From Octopus sinensis (Eukaryota): a stretch of 64,000 nt of DNA. The stretch lies in NCBI RefSeq assembly GCF_006345805.1, contig NC_043005.1:108128001-108192000 (forward strand), written 5' to 3'. Below are positions 55,523-64,000 of the stretch, one piece after another (within the stretch, counting starts at the first letter, position 1; each line of letters opens with the position of its first letter). A model generated the notes under the pieces. The model had not been told where the DNA came from and ran no database searches. It saw nothing but the letters and a program-made list of their open reading frames with translations. The translations under genes were made by a program, and so were the position numbers.

Positions 55523-56169
55523 TTTATTACAAGATTCTTTTAAATTACTCATTATCATCATCATCATTGTCATTGTCATCATCATCATTGTTGCCATCAT
55601 CATAAGCACCACCACCACTGTTACAGAATTAGTAAAACATTGGACAAAATTCTTGGAATTATTGAGTTAGAGATGATGACATACTGAATGCAAAACCCCA
55701 CCAAGGTCAACATTTAGTCTTTCATCTTTCTGTCACCAATGAAGGAAAGCCTTAGTGAAGTACTAGGAACAATTTATATTTCTATAAAGTACCCTAGATA
55801 ACACCCACTACCACTACCACTTCCATGGCCATCATCATCAATATATTGAAAATTATTTATTTATTGACTCTAATTACATTTATATGTCTTTTGCTTACTT
55901 TTGCTCTTTCTTTGTCTTTTTTCACTCTCCTTTGTTACCTGTATTTACACAAACACACACATACACACACACAACAAGATTCAGGCGAATAAGTTGAGGC
56001 ACCTGGTTAGGTCGGAATAAATGCACACACCTTGATTGTAAAATTCATGTATTCGTCTGAAGAAAACGGATTTTTGCGACGATATAATGTACTCATTGAT
56101 CGATTGAAAAATTCGTTAGAAATGGCTCTAATAAATTGACACCTGTCCATCGTGGTGGAAATGTGACTG

Positions 56170-56537
56170 AGTTCCTTTCGAGTGTTGGGCCTCATGGAGG
56201 CAATGACTGAGACCTTTGGCATTATGTTGTGCTTTGAGAAGAAGACCCATCAAGGTGAGCAAAATTGCAGCCGTGGCAGATACTGGTGTCGTGCAAATTG
56301 ATACCCATGCTGGTGGCACGTAAAAGCGCCCCAGTGTCACACAAATGGCATCTGTGTCGGAGGCATGTAAAAGCACGTATTACGCTCTCTGAGTTGTTAG
56401 TACTAGGAAGGGCATCCAGCCGTAGAAATCCATGCCAAATCAGATTGGAGTCTGGTACAGCCTTCCAGCATGCCAGACCAGTTAAATCATACAGCCCACG
56501 CTAGCATGGACAACGGACATTAAATGATGATGACGAT
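56170..56537 (+). mobile_element. RTE LINE 3' end with (ATG)n tail
   Basis: LGLMEAMT..DLWHY.VL-like remnant, then a UTR homologous to 841-1204. Confidence 0.72.
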
Positions 56538-56617
56538 ATATATATATGTACAAACACATTCCATGTGTTCTTTATAACTAGCCTGTGTAATAAATATGCA
56601 CCACATTATGTGGAGTA

Positions 56618-57326
56618 TACTCTTTTACTTGTTTCTGTCATTTGACTGTGGCCATGCTGGAGCACCGCCTTTAGTCAAGCAAATCGACCCCAGGACTTAT
56701 TCTTTGTAAGCCTAGTACTTATTCTATCAGTCTCTTTTGCTGAACTGCTAAGTGACGGGGATGTAAACAGACCGGCACCAGTTGTCAAGTGATGTTGGGG
56801 AGACAAACACAAACACACAAACATATACACACACATACATACACACACATATATATATATATATATATGTACTAGCAGTATCGCCCGGCGTTGCTCAGGT
56901 TTGTAAGGGAAATAACTATAAAGCATTTTTAGAGAGTTATAGCCAAAAAATAGCAAAAAAATGGAAAAAATGATGGTAAATTTTTTTTTGATAGTTAAAA
57001 AATGTGGAGTTGCGTCCCCTACACAGTTTGTGGTTTGTGTTCCTGATTCTCGACCCCATGTCGAATTTATCGATTTTTTTCAGAACTGGGGGAACTTTTC
57101 AAAATTTTCGCTGCGTTAGTTTTGAATTATGACATTGGGCTATGTGTGTGTCAAGTTTCATCAGAATCGGTTGAAAGCCGTGGTCAGGGTGAGGGTACAA
57201 GCAAACAGACACACAGAAACACGCACAGACAAACTGCCGTTTATATAGAGAGAGATGTATATATATATGTATGTATATATACATGTATCTATCTATCTAT
57301 ATATCTATCTATCTATATATATATAC

Positions 57327-57396
<70 letters not shown>

Positions 57397-57577
57397 CTAT
57401 ATATTCATAAATACGATGGGCTTCTTTCAGTTTCTGTATACCAAATCCACTCACAAGGCTTTGGTCAGTCCGAGTCTATAGTAGAAGACACTTGCCCAAG
57501 GTGCCACACAGTGGGACTGAACCCGGAACCATGTGGTTAGTAAGCAAGCCACATACCACACAGCCATTCCTACGCCT
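56618..57577 (-). mobile_element. OK-like SINE split by a Helitron (halves 56618-56870 and 57412-57577)
   Basis: Both halves match the intact copy at 57966-58369. The interruption lies in the internal (TA)n. Confidence 0.85.
56872..57255 (-). mobile_element. non-autonomous Helitron (head D plus type-A 3' end)
   Basis: Minus strand A|TCTCTCTCTATATAAACGGCAG ... CCTGAGCAACGCCGGGCGATACTGCTAG|T. The last ~110 bp match 22175-22283. Confidence 0.88.
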
Positions 57578-57965
57578 GTGTATAATTATATTTATTTGCA
57601 TGCCATTACTCAGTTTTTTATGAAATCTCCAATACACAGATGACAAATGCTGCTCTGTAACGGAAAAATGAAAATATTAAAAAAATATGAATTATATTCT
57701 TAACCCCCAGATTTCATTAATTAAAACAAGTCATGTGAATTCTACAGAAATGATTGTAATTCACAACTGAAAAACTAGTCAGAAATAGACAAAAATATGT
57801 TTACATTGAAGGGAAAACAACTTGCTTTTGTGTAATAACAGGATTCACAAATTGGCTTCAGTTTTGAGTTTATGACTTTTCAGTACTCTCTCTATATATA
57901 GAGGCCGTAAATTAAAATCAGTAGATTCACTTTTAAAGCTTTGGTGTTAGTATTACTCTTTTAAT

Positions 57966-58176
57966 CATTTATTTGTTTCAGTCATTTGATGACTGTGGCC
58001 ATGCTGTAGCACAGCCTTTAGTCAAACAAATCACCCCCAGAACTCATTCTTTGTAAGCTTAGTACTTATTCTATTGGGATCTTTTGCCGAACCACTAAGT
58101 TACGGAGACGTAAACACACCAGCATCAGTTGTCAAGCGATAGTGGTGTTACAAACACAGACACACAAACATGCACA

Positions 58177-58209
<33 letters not shown>

Positions 58210-58369
58210 GATGGGTGTCTTTCAGTGTCCATTTTCCAAATCCACTCACAAGCCTTTGGTCAGCCCGAGGCGATAGTAGAAGACACTTGCCCAAGGTGCC
58301 ACACAAAGGAACTGAACCTAGAACCATGTGGGTCATAAGCAAGCTGCTTACCACACAGCCACTCCTGCT
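57966..58369 (-). mobile_element. uninterrupted OK-like SINE (~400 bp) with internal (GT)n
   Basis: Head, CORE-like region, microsatellite and tail are contiguous. Confidence 0.85.
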
Positions 58370-58495
58370 TGAATATTTGAAGTTTGTATTTCTTAATTGA
58401 AGACAAGAACAGTTTCTTCCTCTCATATTAATGTTGACACCATGATTTTAATGTTTTTTTTTTATCTGATTCTCATTATTGCTAGCATCAGATTA

Positions 58496-58715
58496 AGGAA
58501 GCGAACCAGCAGATTTGTTAGCACACTGGACAATAGGCTTAGTGTTACTTCATCCATCGCTACATTCTGAGTTCAAATTCTGCTGAGGTCAACTTTGCCT
58601 ATCATCCTTTCGGGGCCGATAAAATAAGTACCAGTTGAAGACTGGGGTTGATGTAATTGACTCCTCCCCACCTTCCCCAAACTGCCCTTGTGGCAAAAAT
58701 TTTAAATAACTATTA
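58496..58715 (+). mobile_element. SINE of the 6756 family, tail B
   Basis: GAGTTCAAATTCTGCTGAGGTCAACTTTGCCTATCATCCTTTCGGGGCCGATAAAATAAGTACCAG. Confidence 0.72.
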
Positions 58716-59095
58716 GAATCAGATTGTGTGTAAGTGATAATAGCTCCTGTGATCATTATATCCATTTGGCTTTTCCGTAGTGCATCATACTTTTAATAAC
58801 ATTGCTTTCTTCACTTACTTTTAAAAGCCAAATTTATTTTCAGTGGCATAAAGCACTGACCATACAGCTGGACCCAAATAAATGGCTATGTTGTGTGCTT
58901 GTTAGCAAATGACTTCCCCAACCTCTGCCATACTTGTATATGTTTTAATTAAATATATAGATATATAAATATATAGATAATTAATCATATGTCTAAATGT
59001 AAACTTGCTTGTATGTTTGTATATAAGCATAATAATGTAAGTTTATGTGTATGTGTGTTTGTGCGTACAATTGTATATGCTCACATATGTGTGTT

Positions 59096-60382
59096 TACAA
59101 AGTGCATTCCAGAAGTTTCCAAACTTTTTCAGGAGCGACATTTATTAGTTCAAAAAATTCAAGACTCTTATCTCTTCCAAAGTAGATTCCTCTGATTTCA
59201 ATGCACTTATTAAAGTCCTTCAGCTATTTCATGGAAGTCGCGTGAAAGTTCTTCAAACTGAAGGTGTTCAGGACCCTTGTGACTGTCACTTTCATCTCAA
59301 TGTCTTCAAAATGACTGCCTCTGAGGTTCTTTTTCAGGTTGAGGAGCAAGCAAAAGTAACCAAGCGCAACATCTTGACTGTAGGGAACATGAAGGGCAGT
59401 TGGTTACCAGGATGAAGTAGTTGGTTACCAGGATGGAACTGTGGACTGCTGCATTGCCCTGGTGCAGGTATCACTGACCTGTGTGATGAAATCTCTTCCT
59501 AAACTCCCTCAAAACCTCCATAAAGTACTCTTTGTTAATTGTCTGACCAGAGGGAACCCACTGGTTGTAGATGATGCCCTTGCCGTCAAAAAACAGAATC
59601 ATCAAGAGCTTCTTGGGGAAACTGCTTTGTGTGACTTTTTTTGATCTTGGGGAAGCAAGATATTTCCATTGGGTATTTTCTGGATCATAACAGGAGATCC
59701 AGCTTTCATCATGGGTCACCAGAGATTCAAGTGCTCTTGTATCAGAGGTAATGGGCTCAAACATTTCCCTAACGTGACCAACATATTTCCTTCTGTTTGT
59801 CCCTGAGCACCCTGGGAATAAACTTTACAAGAATTTTGCACATGTTCAGATCTTCATAAATAACTCTGTGCACAGTTGCTACAACAATTCCAAACTGTAT
59901 GCTTATAGTCATTATTGATACATGACAGCTTCATCCAGAAAATTGCCCTAATTTTCTGTCTTCTCTCTCTCTCTCCCTCTTACACCCTTCATTTTCTCTC
60001 ACCTCCTCTCTACAATTCTTGAACCTCTTGTGCCAACAAACAACAGATGCTTGACTCATACATGTTAATCCATAAACAGTTGGAATATTTCATACATTTC
60101 TGAAGTGCTTTTGCCAAGTTTCACAAAAAAATTTTATTGGATATTGAGCTTCAAAATTGTCTTCGAATCCTTACTGCAATCATTCAAACAAGTCAGCTAT
60201 GTAACAAGGAGCATGTAGCAGGGCGTATTAAAAGTGCTATTTCCTTCAATCTGAGATAAAAAAAATTGCCAAATCAGCTCTATTAGATGTATAGTAATGA
60301 CATGCTAAACTTAAAATAATCTAGGACCCTTAAAACTGTCTCTCCTAAACATGTCTCCAAATTTTCTGAAACCCACCTCATA
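59096..60382 (-). mobile_element. near full-length (~1.29 kb) degenerate mariner
   Basis: TA flanks and degenerate TIRs. VTHDESWISCYDPE, LMILFFDGKGII, LHQGNAAVH, PYSQDVA. Multiple stops and frameshifts. Confidence 0.88.
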
Positions 60383-61073
60383 TGTACATGCATGTGTGTA
60401 CATATATACATGTCTATGCGTAAATATTTTTTCATCTTAATGCTTATCTCTATATATTAGCATTTCATACATATGTGTATATTACTGAAACTTTAAAAGT
60501 TTTCGATTTCATTATATCTTCATTTTATTCTAGATATTTTCTTTATTCGCTTTGATTTATGGGTAGATTTTGAAATTTAGTGAGTATCACATGATTCTCT
60601 AATAATAATGTTTATTCAAACAATCTGGGAGAAAAAAAATATATATATTATTCCTATAAAAAGTGAATCCATGATTTCTAAATTAGTAAGTGCCATGCAT
60701 GAAAATCTTTGCCCTTGAGTCACTTATACAACTTCTCAACATTATGTGTGTGTGTGTGTGTGTGTGTGTGCATATATATCGGTATGTGTATATGGATGTC
60801 TGTTTGAGTGAATGTGTGCTTGCATATATACACATATATACACATACAGAATATCATCTAAGTGTCATGTGATATATCAAAATCATTATAGTCTGTCAGA
60901 AAAACCACCAGGTCCATTACCACTTTGTCACTTACATTAATTTCAAAATGTTTTAAAATCACATTTTATGGACAAGACAATCATAAAATGTAGACACAAA
61001 GAAAAATGGCAAAAAGTATTATTTGCCATTCTGGTAATTGTTTTTTATTATATTTTTTTGTCTTTTAAGTTTC

Positions 61074-61114
<41 letters not shown>

Positions 61115-62037
61115 TATTATTATTATTATTATTGTTATTATTATTATTATCAACTTCATCGTCGTCATCATTGCTGATGTATTTTCAGTCAGTAGTTTAT
61201 TTTTATTTCCTGATTTAAAAGTTATTTTTCTTTCTTGTTAAGAATAAAAATAAACCATTTAGACAATATTTTAGGAGGACAAACTGTGTTTTTTTAGAAA
61301 TATTGAAATCACTTCAAATTGTCAGTAGAATTTAGGATGGGATGATGTATGGCATCCCAACACAAATAGCATGAATCTGAGTTGAAAATACAGAGCTTTT
61401 ACTTGTTTGCATAGAATAATTCAAATTTCAAACAGGCAATGTTAAAGATATAACATTACTAGAGAAACTTTGATGGGTCTAACATCAAAGAAACTTTGCT
61501 ATTAGTCACATCAATGTAACTGAAATACTTTGTTTTCTATTCAGAGTAGAATTGTGTATGTATGTCAAAAGCATAAGGATTTCCAATTGGCAGCTGATGA
61601 TGTGCTGTTTATATATGTTGTCCTTGTTTAATTGAATATATTTTTTGTTGTGAGCATTTTGTACCTGTGTTCCCCTAATTTCTGTAACTTTCTCTATTAT
61701 GGTCCTGGTTCTGGTTGGGTCCTTCTGTTGTTTGGGATTGGTCTGAGTTATGTTTTTAGTTTGCTTTGTAAGTTAAATGATTACAGGGTATGTAAGATAA
61801 GCATCTGTTGCTGAATACGCTTTATTTTTAATGTTTTAGGGAAACCGTGAATTGATTTTTATGGTTAGATATTTTTATGGTTTTATTACAAATGTGTGTG
61901 TGCATGTATCTGCATGTGTATATATTTGTGTGTCTATATGTATGTGTCAGTGTTATATTTCTATTTCTATTTATATATCTCACATATATATATCAATAGA
62001 TAGATAGATACATACATACATATATACATACATACAT

Positions 62038-62071
<34 letters not shown>

Positions 62072-62517
62072 GCATACACACATATACACATATACATCCA
62101 CATACACATATATATTTATTGAATAAGTTTTCTTTTTACATACTAATAACTATAAACTTTACAGGTATCCTTCATTACACAACATCCTGTTTACACTACT
62201 ACTCCAACAATTCCTGTTCATAAAATTCTTTCACAAACACTAAGCTCTAAAAGCTAACCTAATCCAAAAATTGAACATTCTATTGTGATATAAGCTACAA
62301 ACTTTCTAAAATACATCCAGTTTTTTCTTCCCAATTATTACAAATCTTGCTCCAGTTCTTTAAAATCACTGTCAGGGATTAATACCAATCCCTTTCAGAT
62401 TATTTTTAATTGGTTTGTCATATATTTTATTGTTCTGAAATTTTAAAGAATATGCATCGAACTCACTTGTACTGAATAAATAATTTCACAATGTTTCGTC
62501 CATTTTCAGCTTGCTAG

Positions 62518-63487
62518 AAAGAGAAAAAAATATGTGTATGGATGAGGACAGCTGCAAAAAAAGTGCTGAGCCCTATCTGTGGAGGGAACCTGGGGAAGGG
62601 GTAGACCCAGGAAGACATGGAACGAAGTGGTGAGAAAGGATCTTCAGATGCTAGGCCTGACTGAGGAAATGACGAAGGACCAGCTGTCATGGCAATTTGC
62701 TGTACTTGAGATGACGAATAAAGCTATGTAAAATCTTTGTCAATCATGCATGATAGATGAATATGTGATTCAAATTACATAAGAACATTATGTGATGCCA
62801 TGTAAAAACATCCAGCACATTCTGTAAAGTGGTTGGGGTTAGAGAGGGCATCCACCTATAAAAACCATGCCAGATAAGGCTGGAGTCTGGTGCAACCCCC
62901 TGTCGTGCCAATGCCATAAGAACAATATGCTGGTATAGGCTGGGCGGTGTAACCAGAGCTGGCACGGCAGGAGGTTGCACCAGACTCCAGCCTTATCTGG
63001 CATGGTTTTTATAGGTGGATGCCCTCCCTAACCCTAACCACTTTAAAGAATGTGCTGGATGTTTTTACATGGCATCACATATTGTTCTTATGTAATTTGA
63101 ATCACATATTCATCTATCATGCATGATTGACAAAGATTTTACATCATCATCATCATCATTGTTCGACCGTGGTCGAGACAATGGAATTTACCATGCTATG
63201 CCAGACTTCATGGTCCATCATGGCATTACGGAGGTCCTGTTGCTGGATGCCTGTATACCTGGAGATTACATGAGATTTTACATAGCTTTATTCGTCATCT
63301 CAAGTACAGCAAATTGCCTTGACAGCTGGTCCTTCGTCATTTCCTCATTCAGGCCTAGCATCTGAAGATCCTTTCTCACCACTTCGTTCCATGTCTTCCT
63401 GGGTCTACCCCTTCCCCAGGTTCTCTCCACAGAGCTCAGCACTTCTTTTGCAGCTGTCCTCATCCATACACATATTTTTTTCTCTTT
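62518..63487. repeat. fold-back palindrome built from an RTE 3' end (arms ~390 bp, 49-bp loop)
   Basis: 62518-62910 is the reverse complement of 62960-63144 plus 63273-63487. It encodes GRGRPRKTWNEVVRKDLQMLGL. Confidence 0.9.
63145..63272 (-). mobile_element. short RTE 3' fragment inserted into the right arm, 11-bp TSD
   Basis: AGATTTTACAT occurs at 63134-63144 and 63273-63283. Encodes TGIQQQDLRNAMMDHEVWHSMVNSIVSTTVEQ* followed by (ATG)n. Confidence 0.82.
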
Positions 63488-63880
63488 AGTTTCAGCTCAG
63501 AGCTGTGGCCATGCTGATGCACTGCCGTTTTGCTACACTGTTATTACTAAGAGCCTCCTCCAATATGTGGCACTTGGTGAAGAATGGAGTTTGATATAGC
63601 TACTCTCATTTGCACCTCTTGCCGTGAGGTAGGTTCATCTGGGACTCTCAACAGGAAGAGGTCCAGCTTTGATTTGAAAACCCCTACATCTACTTTGTGC
63701 AAGTTCCTCAGACTCTTTGGAAGAATATTAAAAAGCTGTGGGCCCTTGAAACCCAGGCTGTTGCAGTAACTGGTCCTGAAGCGTGATGGCATTGCTGGGA
63801 TCTTTGGCACTATGCAGTGTCGTCCCGTTCTGGCATTGGTGTAGTTTTCAATGCCAAAATTTGGCACAATTGCTTCCAGA
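63484..63880 (-). mobile_element. CR1/Jockey-group LINE 3' end
   Basis: VPNFGIENYTNARTGRHC...SLGFKGPQLFNILPKSLRN...FKSKLDLFL..VPDEP fits the G..LFN.LP..LR...FK..LD pattern. Short UTR with terminal hairpin. Confidence 0.8.
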
Positions 63881-64000
63881 AATGTAAATATATTTATGTG
63901 TGTGTGTGTGTGTGTGTATGCATATGAGATAATATCTAAATATTTGAATCATAAATAAACAATAAAAAAGACAATAAAGTGTATATACATATACATATTT

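Noticed and set aside
61632-61814. Hydrophobic 60-aa ORF resembling a membrane protein exon
   Set aside because: T-rich composition explains the hydrophobicity, and the nearest strong acceptor (61544) has stops in all frames before it.
63024-63040. CCCTAACCCTAACC telomere-like hexamers
   Set aside because: Fewer than three units, within an RTE UTR whose mirror copy reads differently, so it is a chance variant.

Overview
AT-rich eukaryotic DNA saturated with microsatellites and almost entirely made of transposon debris. The SINE and LINE complement resembles that of octopus (inference from recognised repeat families, not a database match). No complete protein-coding gene, rRNA, true tRNA or CRISPR array is supportable. 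Most ORF-track entries are translations of simple repeats. Recognisable content: at least five tRNA-headed SINE types, RTE, CR1-like and R4/Dong LINE fragments, Penelope-like elements with hammerhead-ribozyme motifs, several mariner derivatives, a Buster-type hAT remnant, and a dense Helitron cluster (17.1-22.3 kb) with a PIF1-like helicase fragment. The most notable structures are: (1) a 2.6-kb composite Helitron unit with apparent cargo that cleanly splits a SINE; (2) a Penelope-like remnant with a hammerhead and a perfect 109-bp inverted arm; (3) two different mariner families with the same 871-bp fold-back design that keeps only the DNA-binding half of the transposase; (4) a ~970-bp RTE palindrome; (5) a LINE/SINE 3' tail pair with a co-varying hairpin. 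A few short splice-bounded segments could be exons of a large host gene but are unproven. All coordinates and identities were read by eye and should be recomputed.
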